DNA of 52,598 nt from an uncultured Dehalococcoidia bacterium (lineage in GTDB: Bacteria > Chloroflexota > Dehalococcoidia > Lucifugimonadales > UBA2985). Location of the stretch: contig CAYUCO010000032.1 of assembly GCA_964443385.1 (NCBI GenBank), forward strand, positions 1 to 52,598, read 5' to 3'. The notes under the pieces are model-generated. The model was not told the DNA's origin. It did no database searches and worked only from the letters and a program-made list of their open reading frames with translations. Positions 28,059-38,063 of the stretch are shown in pieces (positions within the stretch are counted from its first letter, which is position 1; every line of letters starts with the position of its first letter). The position numbers were made by a program, and so were the translations under genes.

Positions 28059-29297
28059 ATGCCCAGTAAAGTAATCCTAGCCTATAGCGGAGGATTAGAT
28101 ACTTCAGTAGCCATACCATGGCTGAAAGAAAACTACGGCCTAGAGGTAATCACGTTAACTGCTGACCTTGGAGGGCAAGACGGAAGGTCAGATGTCAAAG
28201 AACGGGCAATAGAATCCGGTGCCTCAAAATCTATTGTGGTGGATGGTAAAACAGATTTCGTTGAAGGATTCGTTTTTCCTGCTTTGAAAGCCGGGGCTAT
28301 TTATCAAGGACAATATTCATTAGCAACTGCCTTGGGTAGACCTCTAATTGCTCGTTATCTATTAGACGTTGCACACAAAGAAGGGGCTGAAGCAGTTGCA
28401 CACGGTTGTACTGGGAAGGGAAATGATCAAGTAAGATTCGATCTAAGCATTGCCGGTATGGACCCAGACCTCAAAATTATAGCCCCTGCCAGAGAATGGA
28501 ATATGTCTAGAGAGCAAGAATTGGAATACGGAAGAGGAAAGAATATAACCTTAGACTTCGCCAAGAAAAGCCCATACTCGATTGACGAAAATTTGTGGGG
28601 AAGGAGTATAGAGGCTGGCGACCTTGAAGATCCATGGAAAGAACCCGCTGAAGATGCTTTCGCATTAACAAAGTCGGTCGCATTAGCTCCCGATGATCCC
28701 ACATATGTGGAAATACATTTTGAAAATGGAATCCCTCAATCCATTAATGGCAATAGCATTGATGCAGTAAATCTAATACAAACCCTAAATGACCTAGCAG
28801 GGTCTCATGGTATTGGAAGAGTTGATCATCTAGAAGACAGGTTAGTGGGAATAAAATCTCGTGAAATCTACGAAGCCCCAGCAGCCACCGTACTCCATAT
28901 AGCCCACAAAGCTATAGAAGGAATGACATTAAGTAAAGATCAAATAAAGTTGAAGGAAAGAATTTCCCAAGAATATGCGGAGCACGTTTATAATGGTTTA
29001 TGGTACACAAATTTACATCAAGATTTAGAAGCTTACGTAGAAAATACCCAACGCTATGTCACTGGAGACGTTCGAGTAAAACTATTCAAGGGAACTTGTT
29101 CCGTAGTGGGTAGAAGTTCCCTGTTCTCTCTGTATCAGCACGATTTGGCTACTTATGATACAGGCGATAAATTCAACCACCTAGCATCGGAGGGATTTAT
29201 CCATATATATGGCCTTTCCGGAAGAACCCAAGCAGATATCCAACCCATTCAACTGCCTAAATTATCTGGCAGTGACCAGATAAATATGGAACCTTAG
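28059..29297 (+). CDS. argG: Argininosuccinate synthase
   Basis: The ATP-pyrophosphatase motif AYSGGLDTS, plus GCTGKGNDQVRF, are present. Confidence 0.95.
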   Translation: MPSKVILAYSGGLDTSVAIPWLKENYGLEVITLTADLGGQDGRSDVKERAIESGASKSIVVDGKTDFVEGFVFPALKAGAIYQGQYSLATALGRPLIARYLLDVAHKEGAEAVAHGCTGKGNDQVRFDLSIAGMDPDLKIIAPAREWNMSREQELEYGRGKNITLDFAKKSPYSIDENLWGRSIEAGDLEDPWKEPAEDAFALTKSVALAPDDPTYVEIHFENGIPQSINGNSIDAVNLIQTLNDLAGSHGIGRVDHLEDRLVGIKSREIYEAPAATVLHIAHKAIEGMTLSKDQIKLKERISQEYAEHVYNGLWYTNLHQDLEAYVENTQRYVTGDVRVKLFKGTCSVVGRSSLFSLYQHDLATYDTGDKFNHLASEGFIHIYGLSGRTQADIQPIQLPKLSGSDQINMEP

Positions 29298-29349
29298 ACT
29301 AGTATCGTTGGTACAGCAGGACAATTGATTTAAAATGGAGAAACGCTAG

Positions 29350-30702
29350 ATGGAATGGAACCACTCCAAAATAAAATATACAAGTTCTATAGAATATGAC
29401 CATAGGCTTTATAAACAAGATATATCTGTTTCCATAGCGCACGCCAGAATGCTAGCCAAACAGCAAATAATCACTGACGAGGATTTTAAATTAATACACG
29501 ATGGGTTGCTTTCAATAAAACAGGAAATTGAATCTGGAACATTCCCATGGAAAGAAGAGCTCGAAGACATACATATGAATGTTGAATCTAGACTTTTCGA
29601 AAAAATTGGAGAAACCGCTGGAAAACTTCATACCGGTAGATCAAGGAATGATCAAATAGCAACTGACATTCGAATGTATACCAAAGAATCCATATTGGCT
29701 ACTATAAAACACATTAAAATCCTTCAAAAAACTTTACTAGACAAGGCTATTGAGTATATTGAAATAACAATACCTGGGTATACACATATGCAAAGAGCGC
29801 AACCCGTACTGCTTTCTCATCACTTTTTAGCCTATTTTCATATGTTGCAAAGAGATATTATTAGAATGAAAAATTGTTTTTCCCAGACAGATATTATGCC
29901 TTTAGGAAGTGGTGCTTTAGCCGGAGTTCCGTACCCAATAGACAGGCAATTCGTGGCAAAAGAATTAGAATTCAGCGAAATAAGTTATAACAGTATGGAC
30001 GCAGTCTCAGACAGAGATTTTCTACTGGAATACTCTGCATCCGCTTCTATATGCATGATGCATCTGTCCAGACTTTCCGAAGAAATAATAATATGGTCTA
30101 CTCAAGAGTTCGGATTCATCAGGATAAGTGATGAATTCACGACAGGGAGCAGTATAATGCCTCAAAAAAGAAACCCTGACTTCGCTGAACTTGCTAGGGG
30201 TAAAACTGGAAGAATATATGGGCATTTAATGGGATTGTTAACAATCATGAAAGGCCTACCACTAACATATAACAGAGATATGCAAGAAGACAAAGAGGGA
30301 TTTTTCGATACAGTAGACACACTAAATAATACTTTAATCGTATTCGCTGAAATGATTAAACTAATCTCCATAAACTCGTCAAGAACAAGTCAAGCATCCG
30401 AAGACCCCGATATACTTGCAACTGACTTAGCCGATTACCTAGTAAGTAGAGGGGAAACGTTTAGGAAAGCACATGGAATAGTTGCAGAATTGGTAAGAAC
30501 AGCACATGCCCAAAACATAGGTCTTTCAGAACTTGACCTACGGCAGTACTCTCATCTATCACAATATTTTGATTTAGGCATTGGGAAAATGACAACTGAG
30601 TCATCAGTGAAGAGCAGAGATGTGAGCGGAGGGACAAATCCAAATCAAGTTAGAGAATCTCTGAATAAAGCATTCGAGATTCTGTCTGAAGATAATGGCT
30701 GA
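29350..30702 (+). CDS. argH: Argininosuccinate lyase (short N-terminus)
   Basis: The fumarate-lyase signature GSSIMPQKRNP, plus TGRSRNDQ and TH.QRAQP, are present. GGAG lies 9 nt upstream of the ATG at 29350. Confidence 0.9.
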   Translation: MEWNHSKIKYTSSIEYDHRLYKQDISVSIAHARMLAKQQIITDEDFKLIHDGLLSIKQEIESGTFPWKEELEDIHMNVESRLFEKIGETAGKLHTGRSRNDQIATDIRMYTKESILATIKHIKILQKTLLDKAIEYIEITIPGYTHMQRAQPVLLSHHFLAYFHMLQRDIIRMKNCFSQTDIMPLGSGALAGVPYPIDRQFVAKELEFSEISYNSMDAVSDRDFLLEYSASASICMMHLSRLSEEIIIWSTQEFGFIRISDEFTTGSSIMPQKRNPDFAELARGKTGRIYGHLMGLLTIMKGLPLTYNRDMQEDKEGFFDTVDTLNNTLIVFAEMIKLISINSSRTSQASEDPDILATDLADYLVSRGETFRKAHGIVAELVRTAHAQNIGLSELDLRQYSHLSQYFDLGIGKMTTESSVKSRDVSGGTNPNQVRESLNKAFEILSEDNG

Positions 30703-31372
30703 TATACCAAAAATTAAGTTGGCTCCGTCAATATTATCGGCTGATTTCGCCAGATTAGGCGAACAGGTCAAAGAAGTAACAGATGCGGGAGCAGATCTGA
30801 TACACGTAGATATAATGGACGGACACTTTGTAGATGGATTAACTTGGGGCCCAAAAACTATAGAAGACATCAAAAAATGGACTCATGTACCTATAGAAGC
30901 GCATATGATGGTCTCCAATCCAGACAAACAAATAGATGCTTTTGTTAACGCAGGTACAGACATAATGACGATTCATTACGAAGCATGCTCATCTTTGGCT
31001 AATACTATTGCAAGTGTAAAAAATAGTGGTATAAAAATGTCATTAGCTATAAATCCGGACACTGATTTTTCAAATATTGAAGATTATCTGCACCTGTTAG
31101 ACCAAGTCTTAGTTATGACAGTCCATCCAGGCCTGCCAGGGCAAACATTCTTAGATACCAGCCCTGATAAAATTTCATCTGTAAGAAAGCGCATAGAAGA
31201 AAAATGTCTGAATACAGAACTCGAAGTTGACGGCGGAATAAATGCCAACACTATTGCCAAAGCTGCCAAATCCGGTGCCAATGTTTTGGTAGCAGGGTCG
31301 GCGATTTATGATCATCCCGATGGTATACATAATGCCATGAAATCTCTAAGAGAGAAATTAGCATCAATCTGA
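30695..31372 (+). CDS. rpe: Ribulose-phosphate 3-epimerase
   Basis: Motifs APSILSADF, HVDIMDGHFV and VDGGI are present. The start overlaps the argH stop by 8 nt. Confidence 0.9.
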   Translation: MADIPKIKLAPSILSADFARLGEQVKEVTDAGADLIHVDIMDGHFVDGLTWGPKTIEDIKKWTHVPIEAHMMVSNPDKQIDAFVNAGTDIMTIHYEACSSLANTIASVKNSGIKMSLAINPDTDFSNIEDYLHLLDQVLVMTVHPGLPGQTFLDTSPDKISSVRKRIEEKCLNTELEVDGGINANTIAKAAKSGANVLVAGSAIYDHPDGIHNAMKSLREKLASI

Positions 31373-31383
31373 ACAATTTCGGA

Positions 31384-32604
31384 TCACTCTGTTGGTTTAT
31401 CGAACGGCCACAAATACCCCATCTGATCAGTCAGATGAGGATAACGGCCTGCAATTAAATTCAAATGCTCCGAAGACAGGAACACTGGATCAACTTTTTG
31501 TGACATACTGACACTTTCTTCATGAATATCCCTAAAGCCACTTAAAGCTTTATCCTCTAATCCTTTAGTTTGACCAAGCACTTTAAAATCTCCCATATGT
31601 CCAGATTTAACAAGTTCCATCATTCCATATCTATTAGCATCCATGGCAGTTTGATCAATATCAGATCTAGATAAAGCGCCTACAAATTTCTGGAACCCCA
31701 AATTCCTAAGAAATTTCTTCTGCGTTGTAAATCCTGCAGTGCGCAAACCATTGTTTTCACCAAATGAAATCAGAGCGCTAAAATCAACATGTGCTGTTAT
31801 ATCCTGATCGCCTATATTCTTATAAGGATTGCCCGTAACCATATGATCATAGTAACAATTAAGTGTTCCATATTTACGACCAGATGCGTACAGCAATTCA
31901 GATGTATCACCATAATCTACTGTTAGGATCAACCCTTGTTTTAATATGTTGGATAAACTCTTGAACCAATCCTGCATATATAAGTTAATTTCACCACATA
32001 TACCCTGTTCTATATTGTATCCAGACAATCTATTCTCTATATTCGTTGTAGAAATTTCATCAATTATTTCTATGAAATCATCACCATTCAAATCAACATA
32101 GATCTCTTTGAAGCCAGATTCGTCACGAATAAATCTATGTACTGGAAACGAATCCAAAAGTTCATTCGAAATAATGCACCCTGTAATATCTTGAAACGGA
32201 TGCGAGTCAGATTTAAAGAAATTTATTCCTAGAAACGGATCTTGTGATGGCTGATAATCAACCGAAAAATATCTGATTGACTCAAAAAACTTTGGCTCAT
32301 TCTTACTTATAAATCTTACAATGTCTCTACTCAGCACCCCAGAACCTGCCCCCAACTCAATAATAGGAAATTTTTTTGGTCTCCCCATAATATCCCAAAC
32401 TTCTTTCAGTTGGATTGATATCAGTGCCCCAAAAACAGGATGACTCAAAGGGGATGTGAAGTAATCACGCTGATCAGAGTTTTTATTGGAGTAGTAGTAA
32501 CCGCCTTTTTGGGAAAACAATGCAAGTCGCATAAACTCAGCAAAGGTTATTTTACCTTTTCTTTTAATGGTGTCTCTAATTTGGGATTGAACGCTATTAC
32601 TCAT
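31384..32604 (-). CDS. MidA/NDUFAF7-like (DUF185) SAM-dependent methyltransferase
   Basis: The N-terminus ITFAEFMRLALF..GGYY and the class-I MTase glycine loop IIELGAGSG are present. The ATG at 32604 gives the family-typical N-terminus. The ORF-track TTG start is at 32652. Confidence 0.65.
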   Translation of the reverse strand: MSNSVQSQIRDTIKRKGKITFAEFMRLALFSQKGGYYYSNKNSDQRDYFTSPLSHPVFGALISIQLKEVWDIMGRPKKFPIIELGAGSGVLSRDIVRFISKNEPKFFESIRYFSVDYQPSQDPFLGINFFKSDSHPFQDITGCIISNELLDSFPVHRFIRDESGFKEIYVDLNGDDFIEIIDEISTTNIENRLSGYNIEQGICGEINLYMQDWFKSLSNILKQGLILTVDYGDTSELLYASGRKYGTLNCYYDHMVTGNPYKNIGDQDITAHVDFSALISFGENNGLRTAGFTTQKKFLRNLGFQKFVGALSRSDIDQTAMDANRYGMMELVKSGHMGDFKVLGQTKGLEDKALSGFRDIHEESVSMSQKVDPVFLSSEHLNLIAGRYPHLTDQMGYLWPFDKPTE

Positions 32605-32691
32605 GGTCAGACCGGTGTCTACTACTGAGCAGAACCACACAAAACGTATCAACTAATCAGTTTTTGTAGCCTATTCTGATCGTTTGTACAT

Positions 32692-33828
32692 CTATTTTCG
32701 ATCATCCAAAGGTACGTATGGCAAGTCCATGGGTCCGTCATAAAGAAGTAACGGTCTCAGAAGAATGTTGTCAGAGAATTGTTCTGTGACTTGAGCGGTC
32801 CAGCCCGGAATTCGCCCCATAGCGAATATAGATATGAATAATTCTTTAGGTATACCCATAAGATGGTACATAGCACCTGCCCAGAAGTCCACATTAGGAC
32901 AGATTCCTCTAGATTGATATGGTTCCATTACTTCTGCTACTTTGCTGAGTATGCGAAACCACTTAGGCTGACCTTTTTGATCACCTAAAGCTTGGCATTC
33001 CGTCTGAAGATGTCTCGCTCTGGGGTCTTCCACTTTGTACACCCTGTGACCGAACCCCATTATCCTACCACCACCATCCAGGATATTTCTGACGTAGCCT
33101 TCTGCTTTTTCTTCCTCTCCTATGTCGAGCGCCATGGCCATTACTTCTTCAGCCGCACCACCATGGGCAGGACCTTTTAATGTACCTATACCAGATACAA
33201 CTGCAGAATGTAAATCAGAGTTAGTACTGGCAGCGACCCTAGCTGCAAAAGCAGATGCATTAATACCATGCTCAGCATGTATTACAAAATCTTTTTCCAT
33301 TAATCGCGCTTCTTGTTCTGTGGGCTCTTCCCCGAAAAGCATATACAGGAAGTTTGCGGCCTGATTTAGGTTGGCGTTTGGAGAAACTGGATCCTTACCT
33401 TCTTTGATTCTAGCGTGAGTTGTAACAATAGTAGGGGCCTGGGCGGTTAGTCTTATCCCCTTTCGTATAGTAGCCTCAACCGAATTATCTGCCACTTCTT
33501 TATCGTAAGCTGACAATGCAGACACCGCCGTTCTCAATACATCCATAGGGTGAGAATCTTTCACTACTCTAATTATCTCAATCACTTCCGCGGGTATACT
33601 TCTGCTACTACGTAGATTGCTGTCAAAATCTTGAAGTTGTGTTTTATTGGGAAGTTCGCCATATAGGAGTAAGTAGGCTATTTCTTCGAATGACGACTTT
33701 TCTGCTAGGTCATGTATAGAGTATCCCCTATACAATAACTTGCCTTCGGTACCATCTATAAAGCTGCTCTTGGATCTATCTATATAAACCCCTTGCAGCC
33801 CTCTCTTAATTTCTATTTCTGATGTCAT
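32692..33828 (-). CDS. gltA: Citrate synthase (small, type I-like)
   Basis: The motif GFGHRVYKVEDPR is present. The catalytic His contexts are HAEHGINAS and GPAHGGA. The ATG at 33828 follows GAGGAG. The ORF-track start is at 33873. Confidence 0.9.
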   Translation of the reverse strand: MTSEIEIKRGLQGVYIDRSKSSFIDGTEGKLLYRGYSIHDLAEKSSFEEIAYLLLYGELPNKTQLQDFDSNLRSSRSIPAEVIEIIRVVKDSHPMDVLRTAVSALSAYDKEVADNSVEATIRKGIRLTAQAPTIVTTHARIKEGKDPVSPNANLNQAANFLYMLFGEEPTEQEARLMEKDFVIHAEHGINASAFAARVAASTNSDLHSAVVSGIGTLKGPAHGGAAEEVMAMALDIGEEEKAEGYVRNILDGGGRIMGFGHRVYKVEDPRARHLQTECQALGDQKGQPKWFRILSKVAEVMEPYQSRGICPNVDFWAGAMYHLMGIPKELFISIFAMGRIPGWTAQVTEQFSDNILLRPLLLYDGPMDLPYVPLDDRK

Positions 33829-34221
33829 GCTTCTCCTCGAAACAGATATGGGTATCCAAATCTTACTAACCAACTAGGATATTCAAAAATAAGAGAGGGT
33901 TAATTGACCCATGTGTCAAATATAGAACCCCTCGTAAGCGTAAATGGAGTGAGAACCTCCATTCGAGTTATGCCAAACCTTGCATCTACTGCGTGAAATA
34001 TATCATTCTAACCGGTTGAATGTCAATCTAGAGAGTCTAAATTTAAGAGAATGAACCCTCAAATAAGATGCTTTTTAAATACCAATCGTTATTGACATCA
34101 ATAAGATTTTTTTGATACAGTTAATTGAACACAATTTAGGCACGTTTTGCCTAGTCGGCAGCAATGATTTTACTGTATCTGGGTTAACCCATTAATCCAT
34201 TAATAATAAGGTAGGGTTTAA

Positions 34222-35937
34222 ATGCGTAACACTGATTTCGTAGTTCGATTCGCTGGAGAAGGTGGAGGCGGTCTAGTAACCTCAGCTGAGTTATTGGCTC
34301 AGGTGACATCTCAAGTAGGCTACCACGTAAAAACTTTTGTAACCTTTCCATCTCAGATCATGGGTGGTCCTACCTTCGCTCAAGCCAGAATTTCCACTTC
34401 CCCTGTTCTCAGTTACGGAGACCAACTGGATGTACTCGTAGCACTAGACAGGGAAGCCTATAACACTCATCAGTCTGAGGTTAGAGATGGTGGAGTTATC
34501 ATATACAACGCCGAAGACTTTCAGCTTGAAGAAGATGGGAAAAGCTTTGGTATGCGTATCGACGAACTAGCAAAATCAACTGGAAACCCTAGGGCCGCTA
34601 ATATGGTTATGCTAGGAGCGATAGCATATCTAGTGAATATGCCGGAGCATTATTTACCTGAATATGTCACAAAGAGATTCTCTCGTGGGAGACCAGGCGA
34701 CGAAGAAATAATAAAAGGTAATATTATGGCTTTGTCTTTAGGAGCTGAAGAAGCAAAGAAGAGTGGATTCAGTTTGGGAGCCTTGGAAGATCCCACACCT
34801 CCATCGGGTGAACAGTTGCTTATAAAAGGAAATGATGCTTTGGCTATTGGTGCAATAGCCGCTGGCTTAGATGTTTTTGTCGGATACCCTATATCACCAG
34901 CCACAACCGTACTGGTATATATGGAAAGAAACCTGACAGGACCAGGTAAGTTTGTATACCAAGCCAGTTCCGAAATAGAATCCATAAATGCAATACTAGG
35001 TGCTGGTTTCTCTGGTAAAAAATCCATGACTTCCACAGCAGGTCCAGGGCTCAGCCTTATGAGTGAAGGAATAGGACTTGCCTGGATGGCCGAAATACCC
35101 ACAGTGATTATCGATGTTCAAAGGGGAGGTCCAGCCACCGGATTGCCAACCAAAGTTGAGCAATCTGATCTTTTGGTAGCAATACACCCTGCTCATGGTG
35201 ACGTTAGTATACCTGTAATAGCCGTTGGAACAGTGGAAGAATGTTTCACAGGGGCGGCACTAGCACTAAATTGGGCGGAACGTTATCAAGGACCAGTTAT
35301 AATACTCAGTGATCATGGCCTATCTGAACAAGCTCAAAACATACCAAAACCAGATCTCAGCAAAGTAATCGTAGAAAATAGAAAAGTATACACGGGTAAC
35401 AATGGTTATGAACGATATGAAGGAGTAGATGTCTCTCCAATGCCGATACCCGGAGGTCCAGGTGCTTACATAGCTAACGGAAGTGAACACGATCCTATAG
35501 GCGATACAACTCACCTACCTAACAGACACGTAGATATGACACATAGACGATTCAATAAGTTAGATCTTCTGAAAGACGACAACTATGAGAGAGAAAATCA
35601 AGATGAGTCTATAGCTATCATGACTTGGGGTGGTTCGAAAGGGCCTACAAGGGAAGCATATGACATAATGATGGGAGAAAAGCAGAAAATCGGATGGTAT
35701 TACACCATGCAGCTTAATCCACTGCCTCCGCAATTATTAGAAGAATTGAAGAGCAAAGAATTGGTTCTGATCCCAGAATTAAACTACCTTGGCCAATTTG
35801 CAATGTTGCTGAGATCTAAGGGTGTCAATGCAGAATCTATAACACAATATACGGGAACTCCTTTCAAAGTTGGAGACCTCGTCACAAGAATCAAAGACAG
35901 AATAGCTAGTCATAAGAAGGGTCTGGTGAACGTATGA
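34222..35937 (+). CDS. 2-oxoacid:ferredoxin (acceptor) oxidoreductase, fused gamma-alpha subunit
   Basis: 571 aa. A gamma-like N-domain (VRFAGEGGGG) is fused to an alpha domain (GYPISPAT). The stop overlaps the beta-subunit start by 4 nt. Confidence 0.85.
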   Translation: MRNTDFVVRFAGEGGGGLVTSAELLAQVTSQVGYHVKTFVTFPSQIMGGPTFAQARISTSPVLSYGDQLDVLVALDREAYNTHQSEVRDGGVIIYNAEDFQLEEDGKSFGMRIDELAKSTGNPRAANMVMLGAIAYLVNMPEHYLPEYVTKRFSRGRPGDEEIIKGNIMALSLGAEEAKKSGFSLGALEDPTPPSGEQLLIKGNDALAIGAIAAGLDVFVGYPISPATTVLVYMERNLTGPGKFVYQASSEIESINAILGAGFSGKKSMTSTAGPGLSLMSEGIGLAWMAEIPTVIIDVQRGGPATGLPTKVEQSDLLVAIHPAHGDVSIPVIAVGTVEECFTGAALALNWAERYQGPVIILSDHGLSEQAQNIPKPDLSKVIVENRKVYTGNNGYERYEGVDVSPMPIPGGPGAYIANGSEHDPIGDTTHLPNRHVDMTHRRFNKLDLLKDDNYERENQDESIAIMTWGGSKGPTREAYDIMMGEKQKIGWYYTMQLNPLPPQLLEELKSKELVLIPELNYLGQFAMLLRSKGVNAESITQYTGTPFKVGDLVTRIKDRIASHKKGLVNV

Positions 35938-36800
35938 GCAAGAAAAATCCAGAGTACGACTTTAAGTGGTGTCCAGGATGCGGTGATTTTGGAGTAAAAA
36001 GGGCCTTGGAGATGGCTGTACAACAAAGAAATGTAGAACTTGAAATGCCTATGGCAAACACAGTGGTTGTAGCAGGTATTGGATGCTCAGGCAACATTGT
36101 CCACCTCTACGATGGTGAGCAGCCATTTGGGTTGCACGGGATACATGGAAGGTCACTCCCTATATCATTCGGGGTAAAGATGGCAAATCCTGATTTAAAT
36201 GTAGTAGTTGTCTCAGGTGACGGAGATTTCTTAAGCATAGGAGGGGAACATATAGCTCCTATGGCTCAAAGAAACCTGAATGTTACAGCAGTAGTAATGG
36301 ATAACGGAGTTTATGGACTTACCAAAGGCCAAAGTTCTCCAACAACCGACTTGGGAGTTATTACTCCTACTACACCCTTTGGAAAACTGGAGAATTCCCT
36401 GAACCCGTTGGAGTTGTATCTAACCCTTGGTGTAAGTTTCGTAGCGTCAGGATTTTCGAGTAAAATTAAAGAACTAACGAACCTAATAAATCAAGGGATG
36501 AAGCATCCAGGATTCTCAGTTGTGCACGTGCAATCCCCTTGTACTACGTACAACGACACCTATGACCTGCTTAAAGGAAATGCAAAAAAGGGAATTGATG
36601 CGACTGTACACGATGTACCAGAATCACATGACTCCTCAAGTAAACAGGCTGCGTACAACCTTCTACAAGAAGAAGGGATACCATTGGGGGTGATCTATCA
36701 GAGAGATGAATCTGACCCGTTAGATCAAAGATTCAATGTTATGCGGGAGAAGGCCAATGCCCGTGATCTTGATAGACAGATTGCAGCTTTTCAGATCTAG
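35934..36800 (+). CDS. 2-oxoacid:ferredoxin oxidoreductase, beta (TPP-binding) subunit
   Basis: The motif WCPGCGDFG and the TPP motif VVSGDGDF...NGVYGLTKGQ are present. Confidence 0.85.
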   Translation: MSKKNPEYDFKWCPGCGDFGVKRALEMAVQQRNVELEMPMANTVVVAGIGCSGNIVHLYDGEQPFGLHGIHGRSLPISFGVKMANPDLNVVVVSGDGDFLSIGGEHIAPMAQRNLNVTAVVMDNGVYGLTKGQSSPTTDLGVITPTTPFGKLENSLNPLELYLTLGVSFVASGFSSKIKELTNLINQGMKHPGFSVVHVQSPCTTYNDTYDLLKGNAKKGIDATVHDVPESHDSSSKQAAYNLLQEEGIPLGVIYQRDESDPLDQRFNVMREKANARDLDRQIAAFQI

Positions 36801-36815
36801 TTAATAAAAAATAAA

Positions 36816-37289
36816 CTATGCAGATTCTTCCACGGCTTGATATTTGCTTGGGCATTTTACTATTATTGTATCGGTCTCAAATATGCCCTCGCGGCTGTAT
36901 TCACCCTCTAACATTATCTCTGAATGTTCGTTGAAAAAGAGGTCTGGTACCAAGCCTCCGTAAGTTACATCTATTTCATCTTGCCCATCAGTTATAGCAA
37001 AATGCATAGTAGCCCCTAAAGATTCTCTCTGAAAAGAATCATGCACAAGTTTACCATTCACTCTAAGGCTTTTGTCATATACCATATCCCCTTTTTCCAA
37101 TACTTCTCCTACGGTCATGTAATATGAACTAGCGCTTTGAAAGGCAGTGAATCCAAGATAAGTGATTACAACCACAAACGCGGCAACAGCCACAAAAAAT
37201 TTACTCTTGTGCGTTATTTCGTTGGTGCTGTATTCCTCGTGTGAGGGATAAGCTATTTTATCTGATTCTGGATCTTTTATGTCACTCAA
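36816..37289 (-). CDS. ccmE: Cytochrome c maturation heme chaperone CcmE, cysteine (CxxxY) variant
   Basis: N-terminal tail, a single TM (FFVAVAAFVVVITYLGF), then an OB-fold (LRVNGKLV ... VTYGGLVPDLF). The C-terminal motif is KCPSKY (36840-36854) where canonical CcmE has HxxxY. TTG is the only possible start. Confidence 0.75.
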   Translation of the reverse strand: MSDIKDPESDKIAYPSHEEYSTNEITHKSKFFVAVAAFVVVITYLGFTAFQSASSYYMTVGEVLEKGDMVYDKSLRVNGKLVHDSFQRESLGATMHFAITDGQDEIDVTYGGLVPDLFFNEHSEIMLEGEYSREGIFETDTIIVKCPSKYQAVEESA

Positions 37290-37380
37290 TGTTTACAGTC
37301 TATAAAGTAATTTTATGATAAGCACTTTAATACTATACCAATATTTCTCATTAATCTACTTTTTTAGCATTGAACTAATG

Positions 37381-38025
37381 CTACTTAAAACTAAATTCCT
37401 TAACTAAACTTCTAGCAGCTGATTCGGGATCATCTTGTGCTATAACCGCCGAAACTACACATACAGCATCCGCTCCCGCTTCAATGACAGATTTAATATT
37501 GCCACTGTTTATTCCACCGATAGCAACTAATGGCAAAGCAGAGATTGACCTTACTCTTTTCAAAGTTTCCAGCCCTGCTGGTCTAGTATTTTGCTTGGTA
37601 TTGGTAGGGAAAATTGCTCCCACTGCCAAATAATCTACTCCATTTTTTACGGAGTCTATAGCTTCTTCTGAAAGAGCGTTGGAGTTGCCAATTATCTGAT
37701 CCTGTTTAATGATTCTCCTTACTGCATCTATTGGCATATCTTGTTGTCCAACATGCACTCCGTGAGCTTCGCTATCAAGTGCAATATCTGGATAATCATT
37801 AACTATAAATATAGCCCCATATTTCTCACACAAATCCTTGATACGAATTGCTTTTTCAAGCAGTTTGTTCATGTTTTGGGACTTGTCTCTTAACTGTATT
37901 ACGCTGGCTCCACCATCTAAGACTTGCCTGGATAATTCTATCTCGTCTTTACCGGCGGCCAATTGGGAGTCTATAATGACATAAAGCCCTTTGATCTTAC
38001 TAACTATTTCTTCTTTGTTATACAT
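37381..38025 (-). CDS. thiE: Thiamine-phosphate synthase
   Basis: Motifs IQLRDK, GVHVGQ.D and VAIGGI are present. Confidence 0.9.
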   Translation of the reverse strand: MYNKEEIVSKIKGLYVIIDSQLAAGKDEIELSRQVLDGGASVIQLRDKSQNMNKLLEKAIRIKDLCEKYGAIFIVNDYPDIALDSEAHGVHVGQQDMPIDAVRRIIKQDQIIGNSNALSEEAIDSVKNGVDYLAVGAIFPTNTKQNTRPAGLETLKRVRSISALPLVAIGGINSGNIKSVIEAGADAVCVVSAVIAQDDPESAARSLVKEFSFK

Positions 38026-38063
38026 TTATATATTATAAACAAGACAATGGGCAAATCGATTAA

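Noticed and set aside
29335-29352. A mini-ORF ATG GAG AAA CGC TAG lies in frame and immediately before the argH ATG. This could indicate stop-codon read-through, a recoded TAG or a pseudogenised N-terminus.
   Set aside because: The ATG at 29350 has a well-spaced GGAG SD formed by the mini-ORF itself. No other gene in the window needs TAG read-through. The short ArgH N-terminus still reaches the conserved SIEYDHRLY segment.
34167-34178. ATTTTACTGTAT upstream of the OFOR genes resembles the ATTTTACTAT tandem unit at 23042-23061, suggesting a shared operator
   Set aside because: My rough estimate for an AT-rich 10-12-mer in about 105 kb of two-strand sequence is of order one chance hit. A single extra copy is not evidence.
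34650-35102. 150-aa antisense ORF inside the OFOR alpha gene. Similar long antisense ORFs lie at 25106-25510 (argJ), 38727-39077 (rnhB), 48243-48623 (rsmI), 7749-8108 (ffh) and 14160-14507 (ahcY).
   Set aside because: Each lies fully within a gene whose sense-frame product has unmistakable family motifs. The antisense products are Ser/Pro/Thr-rich with no recognisable motifs and no SD.
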